Source of the DNA: Salmo salar
Lineage: Eukaryota
Assembly: GCF_905237065.1 (NCBI RefSeq)
Contig: NC_059444.1
Coordinates: forward strand, 51,942,644 to 52,006,643
Reading direction: 5' to 3'
DNA: 64,000 bases
The position numbers and the translations under genes are program-made. Shown one piece after another: positions 24,066 to 39,900 of this stretch. How positions within the stretch are numbered: the stretch's first letter is position 1; every line of letters starts with the position of its first letter. Below the pieces are notes generated by a model. That model was not told the origin of the DNA. It saw only the letters and a list, made by a program, of their open reading frames with translations, and did not search any database.

Positions 24066-25331
24066 TTGTTCTATTTTATTCTGTTAAATTACTATAAAAT
24101 AGGTGCATCTTGACTGTGATAAGGGCTCGGGAAATAAGAGCATCTTGTCTGCTAAATTAACAAAAAAGGCTATGCCATTGAACAGCCACAGGCTTCTACA
24201 AGCAAGCGCAACTGCTGAGGCTAATGCCTTTTGAAGATTGTGTTCCATAATATAACCAGTTGATATATTACGGTTTCAATAAATTCATCTTAAAATGGCC
24301 GTTTTTAAAATTGTAATTGACTGAATACTGTATATGGGGCAATTTAGCCGTTAGGATTGGTTATCTGTAATGTTAAGATAAATTAGCCATTGTTGCGCAC
24401 TGTTGGCATATAGATATATGCACACTTTCTTTTCTTCTGGCCTTGTTTAAAAATAAATTCAAATAATTTGAGTACTCGAGATCAATATAATTTCTTGTGG
24501 CAGAACCTAATAAATAGTTGTATTTTGTTCATATGGATTCCCCTTTTGAAGAACAGTGTGGAATTGCAGGAAATGGTTTAAAACAAAAATATATGTTTTT
24601 AAAGTGTTTGACGGTCAGGTGCACAAGCACTATAGAGAATCAGCCAGGTCACACCAGATCCACTGCAGTATTAGACATTTGTCCAGGGGCCTCATTTATA
24701 ATCATTGCTTAAAAATGTCACAAAATTTCTGCGTGTGCCATTTCTGAAAAAAAAAATATATATATTTTTAATTTGTTAATTGGCGCACATACAAAAATGT
24801 TGTACTTGGCGTACACCATACTATAAATATGCATGTTTCTCGTTATAAAACTCTGTGTGCGTGAACAAGCATTAAAACTCAGCCTGGAAAACGCCCTCCG
24901 TTTAACCTTTGATGTTGAAAATAACGCCCGTTATTTACAGTATAAATTGGAATTAAGCCATGGCAGTTTCTAAAAGAGCAATGGCAACTAGGATCACATT
25001 TCTGTAGCGGTGTGGGCAAAATGCTTTGCAGACTTTTTCAAATTAAACATGCATGCGGCCTATGGCGAGTGCCTGTCTGTGCATTCAGCAAGATTGATTG
25101 TATATTCGAAACAATTTAAAAGTACGCTAAACGCAAAAGACTTGATGACCAATAAATGATTATGTTTCTAGGTCCTGCCATGGAATAGGCTCTGAGATTA
25201 ATAGGAAACGATGCCGTGGTCATATCGCACAGCAATAGCCTATCCATAGGCCTACTGTCAAATATTTTACATAAGTTACCGGTATATTTACTGTGTTGGA
25301 AGAAAGTTAATATTTTGCAGTAATTTATATA

Positions 25332-28154
<2,823 letters not shown>

Positions 28155-28156
28155 TA

Positions 28157-28400
28157 GGTTGGCATTTGAGTTGTACTGGAAGCAGCTCTGCAGAATGGTC
28201 ACTAGCTGGCAAAGCCAGTCATAAAATATGATTTTAAACCCAACTCTAACCTTAACCACACTGCTAACCCCAATACCTTAAATGAAAGACCAAAAAGTAC
28301 ATTTTTGTTTTAATGAATTTGAACAATAGTCCATTTTGACTATGCAGCTGACCCATCTAGCGTAAACTACTCAGTTCTGTTTCCATGGCCAGACTCATTA
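28157..28400. repeat. Dispersed repeat family 'R' copy 2
   Basis: ggttggcatttgagttgtactggaagcagctctgcagaatggtcactagctggcaaagcc...ctaaccttaaccacactgctaacccc...ccattttgactatgcagctgacccatctagcgtaaac is homologous to 2548-2830. Confidence 0.7.
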
Positions 28401-29408
28401 CAAAATGTCAACCTGCGTAATTTACGCTGTATCTGGCAAAGGACGGTGTCAAAATTGTTGTGGACCTGTCAGCAGAACGTTTGAATTCAACAATGTTTTG
28501 CATCGACTTTTCCCCCCAACCTAAACATGGACTGCCCGCGAATTCTGAAACAGTGTCTACGCCTGGCTACTAAAACAAAAATGCAATTACAGAAGCATAC
28601 AGTAGGCCTACTTCAATGTAAAAGATAAACGGTTTACCTGTATATTATAAACCGTGGTGCCTATGGGATTGCAAAACTTGATATACATATAGGCTATATC
28701 TAATTTACTAGGTCCAATTAAGTGAGAGATGCGCATGGTAATTTGTTGTATGGCTAAGTCGGGAATATGAACTCAGCACGGCCAGAAAAGATGAGTAATT
28801 TATTCTGCAATGGTTATGAAGATAAAATAAAATGATTTCTAGTTTTTAATTATTTTAGATTTACTAACGGCAAATGGCTGAATTCTTGTTTGTGCTTTCC
28901 TGCTTTTAATTTTCATCATATTCCACATTTGCACAAAATAGCCTACACACTTGCAATACAATATTGCAACCACTAGCAGATGTGCATACGCATGGTCTAA
29001 CGTTTGCGGGGAGGTGAGCACAGTCTCACATCAAGATTTTTGAAATATAAAATGCCAACTTTTGCGTGAAAATTGGAGCACGCACATGTCGTGGTGTATT
29101 TTCTACTTACACACAGTTTATAAATGAGGCCCCTGGTCCCCAAGACATGGAGGGATACTGTCCACTAGGGGCAATGTGAGCAACGGCTCTGAAGATGGTC
29201 GGTTTAATCCCAGTGCTAGGCACATCTCAAACCTTAACCATTACCTTAACCAGTCGGAATTAATGTGAAGAAAAAAAAACGTACTGTCATGTTCAGTTTA
29301 ACCCTATCCCAAACCTTATCAGGCAAAATTATTGCCTAAACTTAACGGTCAAGTTGCCATTTGGGACGTGGCCCCTGTCTTCAAACATTCCGCTGGGTAA
29401 AAACTCAC

Positions 29409-29615
29409 CTTTCCTGTTTTGACGTCTCGGACATAGATCCCTTCATTCTCGTCCAATGGGATGGCCTGTCGCCGTAGCATCACCTCCACGGCAACCGGGG
29501 GGACGTACACAATTGGTCCGCGTAGCATCCAGCGATCACCGGGGCGACGTTGGACTCCACCCCTCCGGGAGAGCTTGGCCCTCTCCTCCTCCCCCTCATC
29601 CTCCTCTTCCTCCTG
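29409..29615 (-). CDS. mvp: MVP exon 8 [69 protein letters not shown]
   Basis: Compare human [57 protein letters not shown]. Acceptor ctctctgctag|CAGGAG, donor GGAAAG|gtgagt. 207 nt, phase 0. An imperfect 50-bp tandem duplication (29632-29740, agagagagaagggacagagagataaggagagggagggaaagtgagag) lies just upstream in the intron. Confidence 0.9.
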
Positions 29616-29884
29616 CTAGCAGAGAGGAGAGGAGAGAGAGAGAGAAGGGACAGAGAGATAAGGAGAGGGAGGGAAAGTGAGAGAGAGAAGGGACAGAGAG
29701 ATAAGGAGAGGGAGGGAAAGTGAGAGAGAGAAAGAGTGAGACAGTGTGAAAGGACCGAATGTACATTGAATGGATTGTGTACCAGCCAAACCAGACAGTC
29801 CTGTTTAGGATCGTCGTTGTATTTGACTAAGGTCCATTTGTTTCCCCTCCCATCTGCATTTAAATTATTCCACCCTTACCTCAC

Positions 29885-30010
29885 CTCCTGTGTATCATTG
29901 AAGGCCTCTACGGCCCTCAGCACCAGGCCCTCCTCCTCAGAGAGAATATAGACGTCCTGGATGCCCTCCTCTAAGTGCTCCCCGGGCTGCAGGAAGAACG
30001 AACGCTCACC
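29885..30010 (-). CDS. mvp: MVP exon 7 [42 protein letters not shown]
   Basis: Compare human [41 protein letters not shown]. Acceptor tcctcccag|GGTGAG, donor CAGGAG|gtgagg. 126 nt. Confidence 0.9.
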
Positions 30011-30202
30011 CTGGGAGGAGGAGGAGAGAGAGCAGTGTTAAATTAAAGCTCATTGGGGAAGTGACTAAAAGCTACAAAGGCAAATTAATGAACAAACAGA
30101 AGTCACTGAACTTCCTCACCAGTGTGTAAAACGCCAACGAGTGACTAAACAAACAATTGACCAAACAAAGGAGTGAAAGACAGAGCTCTCTTTCAGACTC
30201 AC

Positions 30203-30439
30203 CTTGACCACCCTCTTCTGACCCAGCTGTGGTTTACCGTCTGGTCCCACCGGGTCCAGGATCACACAGTACTGACGTCTGCTCAGCGTGGTCACATTGA
30301 CCCCTCCCACCACTTCCTCGGCAACAGACGGGATGTGTGCCTCCCGCTCCGCCATGGTAACGAGCCACTCTTCCCCAGTGCGCCGGTCCCGCCCCCCGGC
30401 GTCACGGAATGGCCGTATTGCTCGCACATGCAGTGCTTT
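30203..30439 (-). CDS. mvp: MVP exon 6 [79 protein letters not shown]
   Basis: Compare human [80 protein letters not shown]. Acceptor ctctcag|AAAGCA, donor GTCAAG|gtgagt. 237 nt. Confidence 0.92.
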
Positions 30440-31043
30440 CTGAGAGTGAAAAAAAACATGAATTCATTTAGGCAGGTCCTAAGAAACATCATAAGACTAA
30501 TAAAATGTATTTTCAAAAGAATAGAAGAGCATATTGAGTTTAAATTAGGCCTTTGTTACAGGTCAGTGCATTTTTTATCCACATTTCAGCCCTTTCCTAA
30601 CCTCACTCACCCTCGTTAGGGAGAAGGCATAGGATCTTATCTTCATCATGATACCGATAGAAAATAATACCAATCCTATTTTCAAAAGCATGCGAGTGTC
30701 ATTCATATTTCACAACCTCCGCGGGTTTTTGGAGTTGGCTATACGCAAGCAAAATAATAGGCCTACTCTTGATTTAGGCTACATTATTGCATGCTCAGTG
30801 GCGACCCGTCATTCAGGGCTGCCCCACCCGTTTTGAGCCCCACATTTTGTCATTAATGCAAGATATATAGGAGAGAGAAGGAAGGTGGGAGAGAGTAAAG
30901 GAGGGAGGGAGTAAAGGAGGGAGGGGAGGGAAAGATAAAGGGAGAGAGAAGCGAGGGCGTAAGTGATAGGTAAAGTGTAAGAGAGAAGGAGGGAGGTGGG
31001 GAGTTCTGGATAAAGTGAGGGCGAGAGAGGAGAGAGGTGTTAC

Positions 31044-31138
31044 CTTGTCGGTGAGGATGAAAGCGTTGATGATGTCGAGGACCTCCTCATGAGCCCCTGG
31101 TAGATACGCCCCCACCTTTCTCACCTGCCACTCCTCAC
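31044..31138 (-). CDS. mvp: MVP exon 5 (G)[31 protein letters not shown]
   Basis: Compare human [32 protein letters not shown]. Acceptor tgtccag|GTGAGG, donor GACAAG|gtaaca. 95 nt, phase 1 to 0. Confidence 0.9.
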
Positions 31139-31278
31139 CTGGACACACGCATACAGGGAATCACTCAGCTAGGTAGGTGTGTGCGCACGTCTGTGTATGA
31201 TAGCGATACAACATCTGCTACTTGTGTACATACATTAAATGTACAATAAAAAAATAAAATACAGTACAAGTGTCTCAC

Positions 31279-31410
31279 CAGTGACCCTGCGGACTCCGCT
31301 CCTGTCCACTCCCTCCTTGCGCGCTCGGAGGCGAATGGCCTGGTTCTCTCTGATCACCGTGGCCTTGATGGTTTCCAGCACCGCCACCTCCTTCCTGGGG
31401 ATGTACGTCC
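31279..31410 (-). CDS. mvp: MVP exon 4 (G)[43 protein letters not shown](G)
   Basis: Compare human [45 protein letters not shown]. Acceptor ccccatag|GGACGT, donor CACTG|gtgaga. 132 nt, phase 1 to 1. The upstream 8.5-kb intron (31411-39900) contains the gypsy tandem array. Confidence 0.9.
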
Positions 31411-31760
31411 CTATGGGGAGGGAAGAGGTTAGGGGTCAGGGGTTAAAAAAAAGCATTATTAGGCAACCAGTGTCACGACTTCCACCAAAGTCGGTTCCTC
31501 TCCTTGTTCGGGCGGCGTTCGGCAGTCGACGTCACCGGTCTTCTAGCCATCGCCGATCCACCTTTAATTTTCCATTTGTTTTGTCTTGTTCTCCCACACA
31601 CCTGGTTTACATTCCCTCATTACTTGTCGTGTATATAACCCTCTGTTCTCCCCCATGTCTGTGTGTGGAATTGTTTGTTGTTAAATGATTGTGCACTTCT
31701 GACTGGTTCGCGACGGGTTCTTTGTACCCATATTTTGTTGTTCTGGATGCCGTTGGTCTT

Positions 31761-34700
31761 GCATATTAAACTGCTCCAGTTATTTCCCAGTTCTGCTCTC
31801 CTGCGTCTGACTTCCCTGCAACCAGTCACACCCCTCTTACAGAATTCCACACCTGAATATGGAGTGAGCAGGAGCAAGTGCCCCTGGTATAGGGTGTCGA
31901 GGAGCGCATCCGGGAGCACGCGGCGATGCTCCACCATCTCTGCGCCGCAATGGACCGCTGGGAGAGACAGGGAGTTCCTCTAGTGCCTCCACCAGCACAA
32001 CCGGGGTCTCCACTACTCACCCCCCTGCACCCGGTCCCAGTGGGATTCGTCTCGCCCTTCCCCGGGAGTACTGTGGGACAGCTGCATGTTGCCAGGGTTT
32101 CCTGTTGCAGCTGGATCTTTACCTGGCAACCGTCAACCCGGCTCCTTCGGGCCGTGAGAGGGTGTCCACCCTGGTCTCGTGTCTCTCGGGGAAAACCCTG
32201 GAGTGGGCCAACCCCGTGTGGGGAGAAGGCGATGCGGCGCTGGACCATTTAGAGGATTTCACTCGCCACTTCCGGGCAGTCTTCGAAACATGTCTCCGAT
32301 TCCCTGCGTCAGGGGTTCATTTGGTCCTCTACTTCACCCGCCTCCTTGAGTTTCTTTTTTGTGAAGAAAAAGGAGGGAGGTCTGCGCCCGTGTATTGACT
32401 TCGAGGCCTAAACCAGATCACTGTGAGATACAGTTACCCGCTACCTCTCATAGCCACAGCGATTGAGTCAATGCACGGGGCGCACTTCTTCACCAAACTA
32501 GATCTCAGGAGCGCTTACAACCTGGTGCGTATCCGGGATGGAGACGAGTGGAAGACGACGTTCAGTACTACTCAGGGCATTATGAGAACCTCGTCATGCC
32601 GTACGGGTTGATGAATGCTCCATCAGTCTTCCAAGCCTTTGTAGACAAGATTTTTAGGGACCTGCACGGCCAGGGTGTAGTGGTGTATATTGATGACATT
32701 CTGATTTACTCCGCTACACGCGCCGAGCATGTGTCCCTGGTGTGCAGGGCGCTTGGTCGACTGTTGGAGCATGACCTGTACGTCAAGGTTGAGAAATGCC
32801 TGTTCTTCCAGCAGTCCGTCTCCTTCCTAGGGTACCGCATTTCCACCTCAGGGGTGGAGATGAAGAGTGACCGCATTTCAGCCGTGTGTAATTGGCCGAC
32901 TCCCACCACGGTAAAGGAGGTGCAGCGGTTTCTAGGGTTTGCCAATTACTACCAGAGGTTTAGCCGGGGTTTTGGTCAGGTAGCGGCTCCCATTACCGCA
33001 CTGCTGAAGGGGGGCACGGTACGTTTGCAGTGGTCGGCTGAGGCGGACAGGGCTTTTGGTCACCTGAGGGCTCCGTTTACCTCGGCTCCCGTGCTGGCCC
33101 ATCCGGATCCCTCTTTGGCGTTCATAGTGGAGGTGGACGTGTCTGAGGCTGGGATAGGAGCCGTGCTCTCTCAGCGCCCCGGTACGCCACCGAAGCTCCG
33201 CCCCTGTGCCTTCTTCGAGGAAGCTCAGCCCGGCGGAGTGAAACTATGACGTGGGGGACCGGGAGCTGTTGGTTGTCGTCAAGGCGTGGAGACATTGGCT
33301 TGAGGGAGCTAAACACTCTTTTCTCATCCGGACTGACCACCGCAATCTGGAGTACATCCGGGCAGCGAGGAGACTGAACCCTCGCCAGGCAAGGTGGGCC
33401 ATGTTTTTCAACCGTTTTCTTTTCATCCTTTCTTACAGACCAGGTTCCCAGAACGTGAAGGCAGATGCACTGTCCCGGCTCTATGACACAGAGGAGCGAC
33501 CCATGGATCCCATCCCCATACTCCCGGCCTCCTGCCTGTGAGGGAGGGAGCTGGACGCGGACATTGAGCAGGCATTAGGTGCAGAGCCCGCTCCCCTCCA
33601 GTGTCCCGCTGGGCATCTGTACGTTCCGTCTGCCGTCCGTGACCGGCTGATCTATTGGGCCCACACGTCACCCTCCTCTGGTCATCCAGGCATCGGTCGG
33701 ACGGTGCGCTATCTGAGTGGGAAGTACTGGTGGCCCACTTTGGCTAAGGACGTGAGGGTTTATGTTTCCTCCTGCTCAGTATGCGCCCAGTGTAAGGCTC
33801 CTCGGCACCTGCCCAGAGGTAAGCTACACCCCTTGCCCGTTCCACAACGGCCTTGGTTGCACCTGTCGGTCGATTTCCTTACCGATCTTCCGCCCTCACA
33901 GGGTAACAAAATGATCCTGGTCGTTGTGGACAGTTTTTCCAAGTCCTGCCGTCTCCTCCCTCTGCCCGGACTCCCTACGGCCCTACAGACTGCGGAGGCC
34001 TTGTTTACACACGTCTTCCGGCACTACAGGGTGCCTGAGGATATAGTGTCTGATCGGGGTCCCTAGTTCACTTCGAGGGTCTGGAGGGCGTTCATGGAAC
34101 GTCTGGGGTCTCGATCAGCCTTACCTCGGGTTTTCACCCGAGAGTAACAGGCAGGTGGAGAGAGTTAACCAGGATGTGGGTAGGTTTCTGCGGTCTTATT
34201 GCCAGGACTGGCCGGGGGAGTGGGCAGCGTTCGTGCCCTGGGCAGAGATGGCCCAGAACTCGCGTGGCCACTCCTCCACTAACCTTTCTCCCTTCCAGTG
34301 CGTACTGGGGTATCAGCCGGTTCTGGCTCCTCGGCAATTAGAGTCAGACCGAGGCTCCTGCGGTGGACGACTGGTTTCGGCGCGCGGAGGAGACATGGGA
34401 CGCCGCCCATGTTCACCTTCAGCGCGCCGTGCTGCGGCAGAAAGCCAGCGCAGACCGTCACCGCAGTGAGGCCCCGGTGTTCGCACCGGGTCTGGCTCTC
34501 GACCCGAAACCTGCCCCTCAGCCTGCCCTGCCGGAAGCTGGGTCCGCGGTTTGTGGGGCCGTTTAAAGTCCTGAGGAGACTGAACGAGGTGTGTTACAGG
34601 TTACAGCTCCCCCCCCAATTACCTTATTAACCTCTTCGCTATAGGGGGCAGTATTTTCACGGCCGGATAAAAAACGTACCCAATATAAACAGGTTACTAC

Positions 34701-35618
34701 TCTGGCTCAGAAACTAGAATATGCACATTATTAGTAGATTTGGATAGAAAACACTCTGGAGTTTCTAAAACTGTTTGAATGGTGTCTGTGAGTATAACAG
34801 AACTCATATGGCAGCCAAAAACCTGAGAAAATTCCAAGCAGGAAGTGGCCTGTCAGAATGTGTTCTTCTTTTGGTTCTCTATCTAAACTACAGTATCTGT
34901 GCTGTTACGTAGCACTTTCTAAGGCTTCCATTGTCTCTCTAAAGCCTTCAGAAAGTGGATTGAGGCGTCTCCTGTCTCTGGGCAGAGTTTTGTAGCTCAG
35001 TTTGTCAGTGGTCTGCCTGGTGACTAAGAGATTGGATATGCGCATTCACAAGACCACGCTGTTTTTTCTTTTCCTCTTTGAATGAATACACTATTGTCCG
35101 GTTGGAATATTAAATCGCTATTTTACGAGAAAAATACCATAAAAATGTATTTTAAACAGCGTTTGACAGGCTTCTAAGTACGGTAAAGGAACATTTAGAT
35201 TTTTTTGTCTCGAAGGTATTTGGAAATAACTATGGATTATTTGGAACAAAAACATTTCTTGTTGAAGTAGCAGTCCTGGGAGTGCATTCTGACGAATTTT
35301 TCTTATAGTAAATCTGAGTTTAGTGAGCCCTGAACTTGGCGGGTGTCAAAATAGCTAGCCGTGATGGCTGAGCTATGTACTCAGAATATTGCAAAATGTG
35401 CTTTCGCCGAAAAGCCATTTTAAAATCTGACATAGCGATTGCATAAAGGAGTTCTGTATCTATAATTCTTAAAATAATTATGTATTTTGTCAACGTTTAT
35501 GATGAGTAATTTAGTAAATTCACAGGAAGTTTTAGGTGGGAATGCATGTTCTGAACATCACATGCTAATGTAAAAAGCTGTTTTTTGATATAAATATGAA
35601 CTTGATTGAACAAAACAT
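31761..35618 (+). mobile_element. Tandem-duplicated unit 1: degenerate Ty3/gypsy LTR-retrotransposon fragment (gag piece, RT, RNase H, integrase N-terminus; multiply frameshifted) plus an ~1 kb X-family repeat (34625-35618)
   Basis: ORFs 32105..32398 (...[35 protein letters not shown], gypsy Gag core), 32548..33249 ([20 protein letters not shown]...[12 protein letters not shown]...[17 protein letters not shown]), 33251..33541 (RNase [17 protein letters not shown]...[15 protein letters not shown]), 33704..34066 (integrase HHCC finger: [38 protein letters not shown]...[20 protein letters not shown]) and 34155..34630 (integrase core continuation, frameshifted). Unit 2 is identical apart from about 3 differences. 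Confidence 0.85.
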
Positions 35619-38600
35619 GCATGTTAAACTGCTCCAGTTATTTCCCAGTTCTGCTCTCCTGCGTCTGACTTCCCTGCAACCAGTCACACCCCTCTTACAG
35701 AATTCCACACCTGAATATGGAGTGAGCAGGAGCAAGTGCCCCTGGTATAGGGTGTCGAGGAGCGCATCCGGGAGCACGCGGCGATGCTCCACCATCTCTG
35801 CGCCGCAATGGACCGCTGGGAGAGACAGGGAGTTCCTCTAGTGCCTCCACCAGCACAACCGGGGTCTCCACTACTCACCCCCCTGCACCCGGTCCCAGTG
35901 GGATTCGTCTCGCCCTTCCCCGGGAGTACTGTGGGACAGCTGCATGTTGCCAGGGTTTCCTGTTGCAGCTGGATCTTTACCTGGCAACCGTCAACCCGGC
36001 TCCTTCGGGCCGTGAGAGGGTGTCCACCCTGGTCTCGTGTCTCTCGGGGAAAACCCTGGAGTGGGCCAACCCCGTGTGGGGAGAAGGCGATGCGGCGCTG
36101 GACCATTTAGAGGATTTCACTCGCCACTTCCGGGCAGTCTTCGAAACATGTCTCCGATTCCCTGCGTCAGGGGTTCATTTGGTCCTCTACTTCACCCGCC
36201 TCCTTGAGTTTCTTTTTTGTGAAGAAAAAGGAGGGAGGTCTGCGCCCGTGTATTGACTTCGAGGCCTAAACCAGATCACTGTGAGATACAGTTACCCGCT
36301 ACCTCTCATAGCCACAGCGATTGAGTCAATGCACGGGGCGCACTTCTTCACCAAACTAGATCTCAGGAGCGCTTACAACCTGGTGCGTATCCGGGATGGA
36401 GACGAGTGGAAGACGACGTTCAGTACTACTCAGGGCATTATGAGAACCTCGTCATGCCGTACGGGTTGATGAATGCTCCATCAGTCTTCCAAGCCTTTGT
36501 AGACAAGATTTTTAGGGACCTGCACGGCCAGGGTGTAGTGGTGTATATTGATGACATTCTGATTTACTCCGCTACACGCGCCGAGCATGTGTCCCTGGTG
36601 TGCAGGGCGCTTGGTCGACTGTTGGAGCATGACCTGTACGTCAAGGTTGAGAAATGCCTGTTCTTCCAGCAGTCCGTCTCCTTCCTAGGGTACCGCATTT
36701 CCACCTCAGGGGTGGAGATGAAGAGTGACCGCATTTCAGCCGTGTGTAATTGGCCGACTCCCACCACGGTAAAGGAGGTGCAGCGGTTTCTAGGGTTTGC
36801 CAATTACTACCAGAGGTTTAGCCGGGGTTTTGGTCAGGTAGCGGCTCCCATTACCGCACTGCTGAAGGGGGGCACGGTACGTTTGCAGTGGTCGGCTGAG
36901 GCGGACAGGGCTTTTGGTCACCTGAGGGCTCCGTTTACCTCGGCTCCCGTGCTGGCCCATCCGGATCCCTCTTTGGCGTTCATAGTGGAGGTGGACGTGT
37001 CTGAGGCTGGGATAGGAGCCGTGCTCTCTCAGCGCCCCGGTACGCCACCGAAGCTCCGCCCCTGTGCCTTCTTCGAGGAAGCTCAGCCCGGCGGAGTGAA
37101 ACTATGACGTGGGGGACCGGGAGCTGTTGGTTGTCGTCAAGGCGTGGAGACATTGGCTTGAGGGAGCTAAACACTCTTTTCTCATCCGGACTGACCACCG
37201 CAATCTGGAGTACATCCGGGCAGCGAGGAGACTGAACCCTCGCCAGGCAAGGTGGGCCATGTTTTTCAACCGTTTTCTTTTCATCCTTTCTTACAGACCA
37301 GGTTCCCAGAACGTGAAGGCAGATGCACTGTCCCGGCTCTATGACACAGAGGAGCGACCCATGGATCCCATCCCCATACTCCCGGCCTCCTGCCTGTGAG
37401 GGAGGGAGCTGGACGCGGACATTGAGCAGGCATTAGGTGCAGAGCCCGCTCCCCTCCAGTGTCCCGCTGGGCATCTGTACGTTCCGTCTGCTGTCCGTGA
37501 CCGGCTGATCTATTGGGCCCACACGTCACCCTCCTCTGGTCATCCAGGCATCGGTCGGACGGTGCGCTATCTGAGTGGGAAGTACTGGTGGCCCACTTTG
37601 GCTAAGGACGTGAGGGTTTATGTTTCCTCCTGCTCAGTATGCGCCCAGTGTAAGGCTCCTCGGCACCTGCCCAGAGGTAAGCTACACCCCTTGCCCGTTC
37701 CACAACGGCCTTGGTTGCACCTGTCGGTCGATTTCCTTACCGATCTTCCGCCCTCACAGGGTAACAAAATGATCCTGGTCGTTGTGGACAGTTTTTCCAA
37801 GTCCTGCCGTCTCCTCCCTCTGCCCGGACTCCCTACGGCCCTACAGACTGCGGAGGCCTTGTTTACACACGTCTTCCGGCACTACAGGGTGCCTGAGGAT
37901 ATAGTGTCTGATCGGGGTCCCTAGTTCACTTCGAGGGTCTGGAGGGCGTTCATGGAACGTCTGGGGGTCTCGATCAGCCTTACCTCGGGTTTTCACCCGA
38001 GAGTAACAGGCAGGTGGAGAGAGTTAACCAGGATGTGGGTAGGTTTCTGCGGTCTTATTGCCAGGACTGGCCGGGGGAGTGGGCAGCGTTCGTGCCCTGG
38101 GCAGAGATGGCCCAGAACTCGCGTGGCCACTCCTCCACTAACCTTTCTCCCTTCCAGTGCGTACTGGGGTATCAGCCGGTTCTGGCTCCTCGGCAATTAG
38201 AGTCAGACCGAGGCTCCTGCGGTGGACGACTGGTTTCGGCGCGCGGAGGAGACATGGGACGCCGCCCATGTTCACCTTCAGCGCGCCGTGCTGCGGCAGA
38301 AAGCCAGCGCAGACCGTCACCGCAGTGAGGCCCCGGTGTTCGCACCGGGTCTGGCTCTCGACCCGAAACCTGCCCCTCAGCCTGCCCTGCCGGAAGCTGG
38401 GTCCGCGGTTTGTGGGGCCGTTTAAAGTCCTGAGGAGACTGAACGAGGTGTGTTACAGGTTACAGCTCCCCCCCCAATTACCTTATTAACCTCTTCGCTA
38501 TAGGGGGCAGTATTTTCACGGCCGGATAAAAAAACGTACCCAATATAAACAGGTTACTACTCTGGCTCAGAAACTAGAATATGCACATTATTAGTAGATT

Positions 38601-39476
38601 TGGATAGAAAACACTCTGGAGTTTCTAAAACTGTTTGAATGGTGTCTGTGAGTATAACAGAACTCATATGGCAGCCAAAAACCTGAGAAAATTCCAAGCA
38701 GGAAGTGGCCTGTCAGAATGTGTTCTTCTTTTGGTTCTCTATCTAAACTACAGTATCTGTGCTGTTACGTAGCACTTTCTAAGGCTTCCATTGTCTCTCT
38801 AAAGCCTTCAGAAAGTGGATTGAGGCGTCTCCTGTCTCTGGGCAGAGTTTTGTAGCTCAGTTTGTCAGTGGTCTGCCTGGTGACTAAGAGATTGGATATG
38901 CGCATTCACAAGACCACGCTGTTTTTTCTTTTCCTCTTTGAATGAATACACTATTGTCCGGTTGGAATATTAAATCGCTATTTTACGAGAAAAATACCAT
39001 AAAAATGTATTTTAAACAGCGTTTGACAGGCTTCTAAGTACGGTAAAGGAACATTTAGATTTTTTTTGTCTCGAAGGTATTTGGAAATAACTATGGATTA
39101 TTTGGAACAAAAACATTTCTTGTTGAAGTAGCAGTCCTGGGAGTGCATTCTGACGAATTTTTCTTATAGTAAATCTGAGTTTAGTGAGCCCTGAACTTGG
39201 CGGGTGTCAAAATAGCTAGCCGTGATGGCTGAGCTATGTACTCAGAATATTGCAAAATGTGCTTTCGCCGAAAAGCCATTTTAAAATCTGACATAGCGAT
39301 TGCATAAAGGAGTTCTGTATCTATAATTCTTAAAATAATTATGTATTTTGTCAACGTTTATGATGAGTAATTTAGTAAATTCACAGGAAGTTTTAGGTGG
39401 GAATGCATGTTCTGAACATCACATGCTAATGTAAAAAGCTGTTTTTTGATATAAATATGAACTTGATTGAACAAAA
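35619..39476 (+). mobile_element. Tandem-duplicated unit 2 (about 99.9% identical to unit 1), followed by a partial third start (39477-39556)
   Basis: Every ORF of unit 1 recurs with a +3858 offset (for example 32548..33249 equals 36406..37107). The differences seen are R/Q at ORF 33423/37281, an extra g at about 37962 and an extra a at about 38523. The ~78-bp segment 'aaactgctccagttatttcccagttctgctctcctgcgtctgacttccctgcaaccagtcac..' occurs at 31768, 35626 and 39486, giving an A-B-A-B-A' layout. Confidence 0.9.
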
Positions 39477-39900
39477 CATGCATGTAAACTGCTCCGGTTA
39501 TTTCCCAGTTCTGCTCTCCTGCGTCTGACTTCCCTGCAACCAGTCACGCACCTCTTACAACCAGGCTGTGTTTGGAATCGGGTACTACATACTGTTTGGA
39601 ATGTACTACGTGTCTACTACTTGTTATTTTTTTACTTGACTTTGATTATATTGTCGAGGGAGCTTGCAATAAAGTATTTCACTGAACCTTTTATACCTGC
39701 TGTAAACTGTGCAAGTGATGAATAAAATTGGATTTGACTTCAGCCAGTCAAATTAGAAACAAATTGAAAGAGCACTAGCTATCTCGTTAAAACGATGCTC
39801 TGATTTGGTTAAAAAAAAATGCATTTATCAATATGAATGCATGTAAGGACCCAAGGAAAGTTGTAATGGATGTGTTAGGAGTTGAACCCAGAGAACTCAC

